Notes under the pieces: generated by a model
Database searches by the model: none
What the model saw: only the letters and a program-made list of their open reading frames with translations
What the model was told of the DNA's origin: nothing
Program-made: the position numbers and the translations under genes
NCBI GenBank assembly: GCA_964619365.1
Contig: CAZUDQ010000006.1
Location: forward strand, 29,437 to 93,436
Direction: 5' to 3'
Length of the DNA: 64,000 nucleotides
Source: an uncultured archaeon
GTDB lineage: Archaea; Altiarchaeota; Altiarchaeia; JAFGQM01
Part shown: one piece after another, positions 19,854 to 27,948 of the stretch
Layout of the letters: each line of letters opens with the position of its first letter
Numbering within the stretch: the first letter of the stretch is position 1

Positions 19854-19913
19854 TTTAAGTTGTAATCTAAGATTTGGTCTAAAAAGATAAAAATGCCAGA
19901 AAGTAAGAAAATC

Positions 19914-20600
19914 TTACTTTTTGTTTTTAGAAATGATGCGTTTTGCTTTTCTTTTCTGCGAGATTTTATTTAGTTTCTCCGATTTGGGGCCACCGTCTTT
20001 TATTGCTTGCTTTATGTCTGCCCCTTTAGTGCGCCACATGAGTTTAAATCTTACTTTTGCGAGCTCTTCGGTATGAATATTTTGAGCTTTTTTGGTTGCG
20101 ATAAAGTTGATTTTGTGTGCACGATAAACTTCCTTGGTTGTTGTTTTAGCTTTCCCAGAGGGCATTTGTATGTATTTTTTAAAAAGTGCTATTGCAACAT
20201 CTTTATGTGTCTTTTTAGGTTCCTGACATGCAACAAGCCATTTCTTGCGTTTTTTTTCGTTTTTGCGCAGTTCATTCAACTCTTTTTTTAGGTCTTTTGC
20301 CCTCTTATTATATTCTAATGATTTATCAGCATGTACGTTTTTAGCCTCTGTGCTTATTTGCAACGAATCAACATAGCTATTATAATTTTTGTCACCTTCT
20401 TTCGTGCTTTTGATTGCTTTTTTGAGTGCAACTAGATTCTTTTGATGTGCTTTACTAAGGCCCATGTAATATTTTCTGCCGGCAATGGCCTGTTTTACTG
20501 AAATTGTAGAATTAACATTAGTAGCAGCGTTAAACCCCTTTGGTTTCTTTGCCAAGTTGGTGAATTTTTCTCTAGGCTTTTTTACTGATTTTGAAACCAT
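19914..20600 (-). CDS. Basic WRT-GG family protein 3
   Basis: MWRTKGADIKQAIKDGGPKSEKLNKISQKRK. Confidence 0.75.
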   Translation of the reverse strand: MVSKSVKKPREKFTNLAKKPKGFNAATNVNSTISVKQAIAGRKYYMGLSKAHQKNLVALKKAIKSTKEGDKNYNSYVDSLQISTEAKNVHADKSLEYNKRAKDLKKELNELRKNEKKRKKWLVACQEPKKTHKDVAIALFKKYIQMPSGKAKTTTKEVYRAHKINFIATKKAQNIHTEELAKVRFKLMWRTKGADIKQAIKDGGPKSEKLNKISQKRKAKRIISKNKK

Positions 20601-20661
20601 TTTTAATTAGCATGCCTGACTAGGATAAGCAATAGACTTAAGAGTAAAGAGATAAAAATCC

Positions 20662-20849
20662 TAAAAAGTAAGAAAATCTTACTTTCTCGGAAATACCCGA
20701 GGAGTATTGTCGGGTTACTTTGTAACCCAACGTAATAGAAATTTAAAAAGTAAGAAAATCTTACTTTATCGGAAATACCCGATGAGTATGGTCGGGTTAC
20801 TTTGTAACCCAACATAATAGAAATTTAAAAGGTAAGAAAATCTTACTTT
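20662..20849. repeat. Two tandem 82-bp multi-hairpin units plus a terminal palindrome
   Basis: Period exactly 82 bp; near-identical units; third copy at 52653-52755. Confidence 0.9.
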
Positions 20850-21373
20850 TTCGTTCTCCTTGATTTTTTTCTCATATTTGAAATAAGTTTTAGTCTAAAT
20901 GCCCCAATCCCACCTTTTTTCATTTTAGTCTTAAGCTTAGATCCGCGCGTGCGCCAGATAATTGCAGTCTCGTAATCTGCCCTTCTATTATTGAGGTATT
21001 TAGTGTAGGCTCCCTTTGATTGCTTGATTTGTCCGTCATAATCTTTTCTTCTGTACTTTAGCTCGCTTAAATTCAGCTTGTTAACATCAAGACCCTCTCT
21101 TAACTTTACTAATTCGGATTCTGCAAGCCGCCGTCCCTGTTTACCCTCTTTTATGTCTGCCCGAGATGATCTAAGTTCTTCCTGCTTACTGGCAATTTTC
21201 CGAAGTTCCTCGACATGTTTTATTCTACTACGAACCTCAGCTTCTGGCATTCCATTAATCTCTTCTTTTCTCAAGTCACCAAGAGGTGCAATTTGGAGTT
21301 GGTATGGTTCTCTGTGAGGTGGGCGTTTGATTTTAAACCATCCCAAAGAGGGCTTTTCCTGTTTTGTGGGCAT
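20843..21373 (-). CDS. Basic WRT-GG family protein 4
   Basis: MPTKQEKP; IWRTRGSKLKTKMKKGG...LISNMRKK. Confidence 0.75.
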   Translation of the reverse strand: MPTKQEKPSLGWFKIKRPPHREPYQLQIAPLGDLRKEEINGMPEAEVRSRIKHVEELRKIASKQEELRSSRADIKEGKQGRRLAESELVKLREGLDVNKLNLSELKYRRKDYDGQIKQSKGAYTKYLNNRRADYETAIIWRTRGSKLKTKMKKGGIGAFRLKLISNMRKKSRRTKK

Positions 21374-21472
21374 TTAGTTATAATCGATAGGGGTTAAGGC
21401 TAAAGGAATAAAAAATTCAAAAGTAAGAATTTCTTACTTATTTCTTTAGGTTCCTGGAAAAGTAAGAAAATC

Positions 21473-22054
21473 TTACTTTTTGTTTTTAGAAATGAGGACC
21501 GTGCGTTTTGCTTTTCTTTTCTGCGAGATTTTATTTAGTTTCTCCGATTTGGGGCCGCCGTCTTTTATTGCTTGCTTTATGTCAGCTCCGCGAGTACGCC
21601 ACATGAATGCATGATTAAATTTCGCCGCTTCTCCAGCAGCTTTTTTCGCTTCGTCTTGTCCTGCCGTCCTCAACTGGCTATATCTAGTAAACAAAGGACC
21701 CTCCTTGCGTGCATCAGCTACATTACGAGCTTTCTCATATGCATTGACCCTCTTTATATTTGCTTTGTTAAGTGCGTTGTAATAGTTTCTAGCCAGTTTT
21801 ACTTGTCTTGTGGACATATCCTTAAGTTTAGCATCCGGATTAACTCCAATTGGTTGTTCCGGCAACTTGATGGATTTTGGTCTGTAGCTATTACGTCCCC
21901 CTCGCTTGCCCACACCAGTACCCTGATGACTAAACTCCATTGCACCTCGTGGGCGCGACCTTGACGTTCTGCCTGGAACAAACTCAAACTGGATTCCATA
22001 TTGACTCGCAGCAGTAGACTTAATTTCTCCGTGCGATCTCGTAGGTCTTGGCAT
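21473..22054 (-). CDS. Basic WRT-GG family protein 5
   Basis: MPRPTRS; MWRTRGADIKQAIKDGGPKSEKLNKISQKRK. Confidence 0.75.
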   Translation of the reverse strand: MPRPTRSHGEIKSTAASQYGIQFEFVPGRTSRSRPRGAMEFSHQGTGVGKRGGRNSYRPKSIKLPEQPIGVNPDAKLKDMSTRQVKLARNYYNALNKANIKRVNAYEKARNVADARKEGPLFTRYSQLRTAGQDEAKKAAGEAAKFNHAFMWRTRGADIKQAIKDGGPKSEKLNKISQKRKAKRTVLISKNKK

Positions 22055-22104
22055 TTTAAGTTATATACTAGAATTCATTCTAAAAAGATAAAAATAAAGA
22101 AAAA

Positions 22105-22120
22105 TGGGGATTTCTCCCCA
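22105..22120 (-). terminator. Hairpin after Cys-rich gene
   Basis: TGGGGA-TTTC-TCCCCA followed on the minus strand by a T-rich run. Confidence 0.55.
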
Positions 22121-22127
22121 GTTAGTC

Positions 22128-22967
22128 CTAGACGCAACACGCCCCACATGAACTGTGTCCACAGGTGCTTGCCGAAAGGTCTGTACTTATCCAACAAACG
22201 CCAGTGCAGGTGCTTGTCGTAGACTTTGCGACATAACAGGTTCCTCCAAGAAGTCCAGCTTCCGTTGGACACCCTTCCTCAGATACTGTAGAGTCACTGC
22301 CATCCATCGAATATGTGCAACCACAGTTTTTCATCTTTTGGATTGCCTGTTCCTCTGGCGTGGGGCTTGGTGGGTTTGGCATTGTGCACATCTCGTTTGA
22401 GTCGTGCCCGCAACCCGTTCCATCAGATTCTACCCAGCACTTGCCGTCGCATGATTCTTTTGTCATTACCCATTGGCTGCCCTGCTTTTCTGTGTAAACG
22501 TCACTTGCTTCCGAGTCATACCAGCAGCCACAGTTTTCCATAGCGTCATTTGCTTCAGACTTTGTAAGCTCTGTTGGCTCAGGAGGTTCTGGGGGGTTTG
22601 GCATTGTGCACATCTCGTTTGAGTCGTGCCCGCAACCAGTATCATCAGTTCCTACCCAGCATTTTCCGCCGCATGATTCTTTTGTCATTACCCACTGGCT
22701 GCCCTGCTTTTCTGTGTATACTCCGTTGGCATACGGGTCATACCAGCAGCCGCAGTCTTTCATTGCGGCATTTGCCTGGGATTCGGTCAGGTCTGTTGTC
22801 GGTGTGGGTGTCGGGGTTGGAGTGGGTGTTGGCGTCGGAGTCGGTGCGGGGGCTGGAGAACCACCCATAAGGACTACGGCCGCTATTATCGCAAGCACTA
22901 TCACTACAACGCCAATAATTACTAATTGTTGTGTATCTAATGTCATTTTTGATTTGCTTAAAAGCAT
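22128..22967 (-). CDS. Membrane-anchored Cys-rich repeat protein (3 modules)
   Basis: N-terminal TM, (PT)n linker, two CGCWYD...CG.KCW...CGHDSNEMC repeats, terminal module ending CGACCV. Confidence 0.8.
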   Translation of the reverse strand: MLLSKSKMTLDTQQLVIIGVVVIVLAIIAAVVLMGGSPAPAPTPTPTPTPTPTPTPTTDLTESQANAAMKDCGCWYDPYANGVYTEKQGSQWVMTKESCGGKCWVGTDDTGCGHDSNEMCTMPNPPEPPEPTELTKSEANDAMENCGCWYDSEASDVYTEKQGSQWVMTKESCDGKCWVESDGTGCGHDSNEMCTMPNPPSPTPEEQAIQKMKNCGCTYSMDGSDSTVSEEGCPTEAGLLGGTCYVAKSTTSTCTGVCWISTDLSASTCGHSSCGACCV

Positions 22968-23063
22968 AAAATCTTATGGCAGATTTGATTTAAATGAGAA
23001 TGCCTAAGGAAGAATAAGATAATTGCAATAAGAAAAAGAATAAAATAAAAAAAGAAAATATTT

Positions 23064-23079
23064 GGGGAGTCACCTCCCC
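23064..23079 (-). terminator. Hairpin after Cys-rich gene
   Basis: GGGGAG-TCAC-CTCCCC followed on the minus strand by a T-rich run. Confidence 0.55.
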
Positions 23080-23087
23080 TTAGCTAC

Positions 23088-24605
23088 TTAGAGACAACAC
23101 GCCCCACATGAACTATGTCCGCAAGTGCTTGACGAAAGGTCAGTGCTTACCCAGCAGACGCCTGAACATGTGCTTGATGTAGACTCTGCAACCCAGCACT
23201 CGCCACCAAGAAGTTTTGCTTCAGTTGGACAACTCTTCTTTGAAACTGTTGAGTCGCTTCCAGTCATAGAATAGCTGCAACCGCAGTTCTTCATCATCTC
23301 GATTGCTTTTTCCTTGTCTGTTGGCTCAGGTGGATCTGGCATTGTGCACATCTCGTTTGAGTCGTGTCCGCAGTTGTAAGCATCTGTGTCTATCCAACAC
23401 TTTCCGCCACAATTCTCTTTGGTCATAACCCACTGGTTGCTCTTCTTCTTTGTAGACACATCACTTGCACTTGGATCATACCAGCAACCGCAGTTTACCA
23501 TTCTCCTATCTGCTTCATCCTGGTCAATTGTGCAATCAGCCTTTGTGATATGCGTCTTTCCAGAGTATAGGTTTATTCTACATTCACCCTTACAACTGTC
23601 ATGCGTTATAACAAGGTCGTCGCCATCATATCTTGTGTGGCTTTTACTGCTACCTGCATCAAACGGGCATCCATTGTCTTCAAGGCGCCTGACAGCCGTA
23701 CTCTTTGACATCTTACACTGTGGGTCGCCTGGAATCTGTGTGTCACCAGTGTTCACATTGATTTTACACTGTTCCTGGCAATTCTCCTCTTTCATAATAT
23801 AGTAGTCTCCACTGCGGTAGACGTCAACATCACTGTCTGAAGGGTCAAATGGACAACCTGCAGCTTCCATTTTTGAAACCGCCTGGCTTCTTGTTAATGG
23901 GCCTTCTTTACATGCTGGACCGCCTGCATCAACGTGGACATATCCTGTGTTCTTGTTACAGGTACACTGTCCATTACAGCCTGTCTTTTGCATGACATAC
24001 TGGTCAGCACTCCATGTTACTGAGACACCAGTGTCGCCGTAATTATAGAAACATCCGCCGGATTTCATCTTATCGATACATTCCTGCTGTGTGAGCCCTG
24101 GAGTTAGTCCCGTGCACATCTCGTTAACATCATGTCCGCAACCCGAACCGTCAAGATTTACCCAGCATTTTCCACCACATCCGGATTTCGAGATAATCCA
24201 TTGGTTACCTTCTTGGGCTATCGACTCGTCTGGGTCTGATAAATCATACCAGCAACCACATGCCACCATTGCCGATGTTGCTTCAGACTTTGTTAAGTCC
24301 TGTGTCGGAGTTGGCGTTGAACCGCAGTCTGCAGTTATATCAATGTTGCCTGACTTTTCGTTGATTGCACATGAACCGGTGCAACCTTCTTTTGTCATCG
24401 TCAATACGTCACCTGAAATCGAGACTGAGACGCCTTCCTCACTTTGTGAGTATGGGCATGTTGAACTTTCAAGTCTAGATATCGCTTCACTTGGTGTCAG
24501 TTCGCTACTTGATGAACCGCCGCTTAGTAAAACAACTGCTGCGATTACAACAACTAGGACTACTACCACTAAAATCACTATTTGTTTAGAATTGTTTGAA
24601 TCCAT
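23088..24605 (-). CDS. Membrane-anchored Cys-rich repeat protein (7 modules)
   Basis: N-terminal TM; six modules of about 60-65 aa plus the same terminal module (CGACCL). Confidence 0.8.
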   Translation of the reverse strand: MDSNNSKQIVILVVVVLVVVIAAVVLLSGGSSSSELTPSEAISRLESSTCPYSQSEEGVSVSISGDVLTMTKEGCTGSCAINEKSGNIDITADCGSTPTPTQDLTKSEATSAMVACGCWYDLSDPDESIAQEGNQWIISKSGCGGKCWVNLDGSGCGHDVNEMCTGLTPGLTQQECIDKMKSGGCFYNYGDTGVSVTWSADQYVMQKTGCNGQCTCNKNTGYVHVDAGGPACKEGPLTRSQAVSKMEAAGCPFDPSDSDVDVYRSGDYYIMKEENCQEQCKINVNTGDTQIPGDPQCKMSKSTAVRRLEDNGCPFDAGSSKSHTRYDGDDLVITHDSCKGECRINLYSGKTHITKADCTIDQDEADRRMVNCGCWYDPSASDVSTKKKSNQWVMTKENCGGKCWIDTDAYNCGHDSNEMCTMPDPPEPTDKEKAIEMMKNCGCSYSMTGSDSTVSKKSCPTEAKLLGGECWVAESTSSTCSGVCWVSTDLSSSTCGHSSCGACCL

Positions 24606-24681
24606 TTTGGATTGATTAATAATATCCCCGATAATAGTTATGGAATTTCTTATTTAAATGCAAATAATCAAAGTAAAGGCA

Positions 24682-25434
24682 ATGCTTGAGATAAAGAATT
24701 TGTCTGTCGGTATTGAAGATAAAAAGATACTGGAGGACATTAACATCAAGGTAGGTTCGGGCGAGACTTATATGATATTTGGCCCCAACGGCAGCGGCAA
24801 GACTACATTATTAAGGGCTATTCTCGGCTATCCAAAATATGATGTGCTCAATGGAAAAATAGAACTTAATGGAAAAGAACTTACAACGTTACCAATAGAC
24901 AAAAGAGTAAAACTTGGTCTTGGAATGGGGTTCCAGCATCCCCCTGAGATAAAGGGGATAACGCTTCTTGATATGCTTAAGATTTGCGAAGGTAAAGGTC
25001 CTGAAGACGATTTATCAAACGATGCAAAAAACCTGATAAAAAAATTAAATATGTCAGATTTCCTTGAAAGGGATGTCAATCGAGGTTTTTCCGGAGGGGA
25101 AAGGAAGCGCTCAGAAGTCCTTCAACTGCTTCTTATGAAACCGCACCTGATGCTTCTTGACGAGCCGGACTCAGGCGTTGATGTAGAAAGCCTTGCACTA
25201 ATCGGAAAGACTATAAATGATTACATCAAAAAAGAAGATGCCTCGGCGATGATAGTCACTCATCAGGGAAAAGTCATGGATTATATTGCGGCAAGCCACG
25301 CATGCGTCCTTATCGGTGGAAAGTCTTATTGTTACAAAGGACCAAAGGGCATAATGAAGGATATCGAAGAGCGTGGATATCGTGCATGCGTCAACTGCCC
25401 TTTGCGAAAGGAGGATGATAACTGTGGAACGTAA
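24682..25434 (+). CDS. sufC: Fe-S assembly ATPase SufC (SmsC-type)
   Basis: GPNGSGKT, VNRGFSGGERKR, LDEPDSGVD, C-terminal CVNC. Confidence 0.92.
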   Translation: MLEIKNLSVGIEDKKILEDINIKVGSGETYMIFGPNGSGKTTLLRAILGYPKYDVLNGKIELNGKELTTLPIDKRVKLGLGMGFQHPPEIKGITLLDMLKICEGKGPEDDLSNDAKNLIKKLNMSDFLERDVNRGFSGGERKRSEVLQLLLMKPHLMLLDEPDSGVDVESLALIGKTINDYIKKEDASAMIVTHQGKVMDYIAASHACVLIGGKSYCYKGPKGIMKDIEERGYRACVNCPLRKEDDNCGT

Positions 25435-26560
25435 AGACAAGTCGTCAGACATCCTCTCAGACCTTCCAGAGGAGATATTAAAGGCGGCGGCAAAGGTCGG
25501 TGTGACTAGAGAAGATAAGTCAAATGATAGGGCCGGGACCTACTTCCAGCTTGATGAAAACAGGATAGATGCTGCAATAAACAAACGCATGGAAGGTCTC
25601 ATTGAGATAATGCCTATTGAAGAGGCTCTCAAAAAATACGCCTGGCTTAAAGATTATTCCTGGAATCTTGTTCCAAAGGATAAAGACGAATTCACAAAAG
25701 AGGTCGCAAAAAACGGCAAAGGCGGTTACTTCATGAGAATACTAAAAGACGCTGATGTGACATTTCCCCTACAATCATGCCTTATGGTTTCTGACGGTGA
25801 ACGCCAGCGCGTCCATAATATAATAATAGCTGAGGAGGGTTCTAACTCGCGAATAATCACCGGTTGTGCCAAACATCCGCACGCGCAAAATGGCGAACAT
25901 CTTGGAATCTCGGAATTATATGTCAAAAAGGGCGCAAAACTTCATTTTACTATGATTCATGACTGGGCACAAGGGACAAAAGTCCGCCCAAGAAGCGTGA
26001 CAAATATTGAAGATGGTGGGGAATTCATTTCAGACTATATATCTCTTGCACCTGTAGCAGACATACAGATGTACCCAAAAGCCGTCTGTAAGGGAAAAGG
26101 ATCGCGCGCTGCACTCAATTCCATACTTCTTGCAAAAGGCAAAAGCAATCTTGATATTGGAAGCGAGATTGTGCTTTCTGGAAAGGGCTCGCAAGGTGAA
26201 ATAGTATCACGCTCAATTGCAAAAGATGAGGCTACACTTATTGTCAGGGGGCGCCTAGTTGGCAAGTCTAAAGAATGCACGGGGCATTTGGAGTGTCAGA
26301 GCCTTAACCTGGGGGAAGCAAATATCCATGCTATCCCTGAGCTAAAGGTTGTTACAGAAGGTGCAGAACTTTCACACGAGGCCGCAGTTGGCAAGATATC
26401 TGATGTCGAACTTGTCTACCTCATGTCGCGCGGCTTAAGCGAAGATGAAGCAACGGCAACAATTGCACGAGGTTTTTTAGATGCAAAAATACTTGGTCTT
26501 CCAGAAGAACTTGAGGCGAGAATTAAAAAACTGGTCGACGAGGCGGCTATTGGAAACTAG
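25415..26560 (+). CDS. sufB: Fe-S assembly protein SufB/SufD family (SmsB-type)
   Basis: FPLQSC, VHNIIIAEEGS, GHLECQ, ELSHEAAVGKI, YLMSRGL; start 25415 or GTG 25424. Confidence 0.92.
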   Translation: MITVERKDKSSDILSDLPEEILKAAAKVGVTREDKSNDRAGTYFQLDENRIDAAINKRMEGLIEIMPIEEALKKYAWLKDYSWNLVPKDKDEFTKEVAKNGKGGYFMRILKDADVTFPLQSCLMVSDGERQRVHNIIIAEEGSNSRIITGCAKHPHAQNGEHLGISELYVKKGAKLHFTMIHDWAQGTKVRPRSVTNIEDGGEFISDYISLAPVADIQMYPKAVCKGKGSRAALNSILLAKGKSNLDIGSEIVLSGKGSQGEIVSRSIAKDEATLIVRGRLVGKSKECTGHLECQSLNLGEANIHAIPELKVVTEGAELSHEAAVGKISDVELVYLMSRGLSEDEATATIARGFLDAKILGLPEELEARIKKLVDEAAIGN

Positions 26561-26565
26561 ACCGG

Positions 26566-26937
26566 CTAGTTCTTATCTCTTGGAAACAAGTTTTTTACTT
26601 CCAAAGGCATGAGTTCTTTGTGTTTATCCACAGGTATTTTTCTAGGGGAAATTGGCTCTCCATAGGTACCCATGTGTCTCCGTGACATTTTAGATCCAGA
26701 AATCACTATGTCTGACCCCTCATGTTTAAAAGTTATGCTTCGTATGAGTTGTTCTCGGGGCAACCATTGTTCATGACTTATTTTCATCCCTGTGGGTGAT
26801 TTTCTCCAGGTGAGCTTGTCTCCTGCAGGCATCGATTTTTTATATTCCCGTAGCATCTGCCTTAAATTAGGCATGAAGGGATGTTCCTTGTTCGTAGAAC
26901 TCTTTCTAACTGGATTTTTCCTGGCGGGCATTGCCAT
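26566..26937 (-). CDS. Hypothetical basic protein (MP-R/K start)
   Basis: MAMPARKNP...; fills the gap between sufB and porC on the opposite strand. Confidence 0.55.
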   Translation of the reverse strand: MAMPARKNPVRKSSTNKEHPFMPNLRQMLREYKKSMPAGDKLTWRKSPTGMKISHEQWLPREQLIRSITFKHEGSDIVISGSKMSRRHMGTYGEPISPRKIPVDKHKELMPLEVKNLFPRDKN

Positions 26938-27075
26938 ATACTTACCCTTAAAAAGATAAAAGTTGCGGCCTAAAAAAGAATCGCCCTTTTATTCTCGTAT
27001 GGGTAATATATTCCTTCTTTTTGTTAGGCCAAAAGCCAACGCAAAAGATACTTCAAATATAACCTTCACCACAAA

Positions 27076-27648
27076 ATGGATAAAGGCATCTTTGAGGTGC
27101 GCATTCACGGAAGAGGCGGACAAGGTGGAAAAACCGCTGCACAATTCATTGCAGAATCGGCAATGGATGAAGATAAGTTTGTGCAGGCATTTCCCGAGTA
27201 TGGCCCTGAACGTAGTGGAGCACCTGTAACTGCATATGCGCGTATATCGGACGAAAAAATCCGTTTATACCAGCCAGTCCGCAACCCGGACGTAGTGCTT
27301 GTGATTGATCCGACACTTATCGGTCCGATAAGTGTCAGCGATGGAATGGATGAAAACGGGATTCTTATTATAAATTCACCAAAGAGTCCTGACGAGATGA
27401 AAAAAGAGACTGGCTTTAAAGGTAAGGTTTACACCGTTGATGCCACAAAAATCTCCCTTGAAGCTACAGGCGCCAATAAGCCCAATTTACCAATACTTGG
27501 AGCCCTAGTCAAAGCAACAGGAATCATCTCTATTGAGGCTCTTGAAGAAAAGACACGTCAGAAATTCGAAAAGAAGCTGGGCAAAGAAAAAACCCAGGCG
27601 ACAGTCGATGCCATAAAAAGTGCTTATGACGGGGTAAAAGGAAACTGA
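27076..27648 (+). CDS. porC: Pyruvate/2-oxoacid:ferredoxin oxidoreductase gamma subunit
   Basis: EVRIHGRGGQG, FPEYGPERSGAP. Confidence 0.93.
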   Translation: MDKGIFEVRIHGRGGQGGKTAAQFIAESAMDEDKFVQAFPEYGPERSGAPVTAYARISDEKIRLYQPVRNPDVVLVIDPTLIGPISVSDGMDENGILIINSPKSPDEMKKETGFKGKVYTVDATKISLEATGANKPNLPILGALVKATGIISIEALEEKTRQKFEKKLGKEKTQATVDAIKSAYDGVKGN

Positions 27649-27654
27649 TTAACA

Positions 27655-27948
27655 ATGGCTGAGAAAAAAGGTTGGAAAGATATCCCAATCGGGGGTATAA
27701 TCGATAAGCCGCCTACATCTGTAAACAATAAAACAGGGGCATGGCGCGCGTTTAGGCCAGTTTGGGATGAAGAAAAATGCATTAACTGTATGATGTGTGT
27801 TGCATTATGTCCAGACATGGCAATTCCGGTTAAAGACGGGAAAAGAAAGGAGACGGATTTTGATTACTGCAAAGGCTGTGGTATATGTAAGGCGATTTGC
27901 CCGGTAAAGTGTATCAAAATGGAAGAAGAAAGTAAGTTTAGAAAATGA
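27655..27948 (+). CDS. porD: Pyruvate/2-oxoacid:ferredoxin oxidoreductase delta subunit
   Basis: KTGAWR; two CxxCxxCxxxCP motifs. Confidence 0.93.
   Translation: MAEKKGWKDIPIGGIIDKPPTSVNNKTGAWRAFRPVWDEEKCINCMMCVALCPDMAIPVKDGKRKETDFDYCKGCGICKAICPVKCIKMEEESKFRK

Larger units (their letters stand above)
19117..21479. repeat. Seven copies of the 21-bp palindrome AAAGTAAGA-NNN-TCTTACTTT delimiting the genes of the basic array
   Basis: Copies start at 19117, 19900, 20665, 20747, 20829, 21420, 21459; four contain a gene's TAA. Confidence 0.9.

Noticed and set aside
20603-20815. 70-aa ORF
   Set aside because: A by-product of the 82-bp repeat, with no protein-like features
20662-20849. CRISPR array
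   Set aside because: The intervening 61-bp segments are near-identical rather than unique spacers, the repeat is only 21 bp, and no cas genes are in the window
19117-21479. Canonical integron attC sites
   Set aside because: No RYYYAAC/GTTRRRY cores, sites too short, and no IntI in the window; kept only as an analogy
19914-21606. Diversity-generating retroelement TR/VR pair
   Set aside because: Differences are not adenine-specific and include an indel; no reverse transcriptase in the window. The same holds for the Cys-rich gene repeats
19881-22094. Shared TTTTTATCTTTTT motif about 28 bp upstream of array genes as a dedicated promoter
   Set aside because: Cannot be distinguished from the T-rich terminator tail of the preceding gene; spacing is inconsistent for genes 1 and 3
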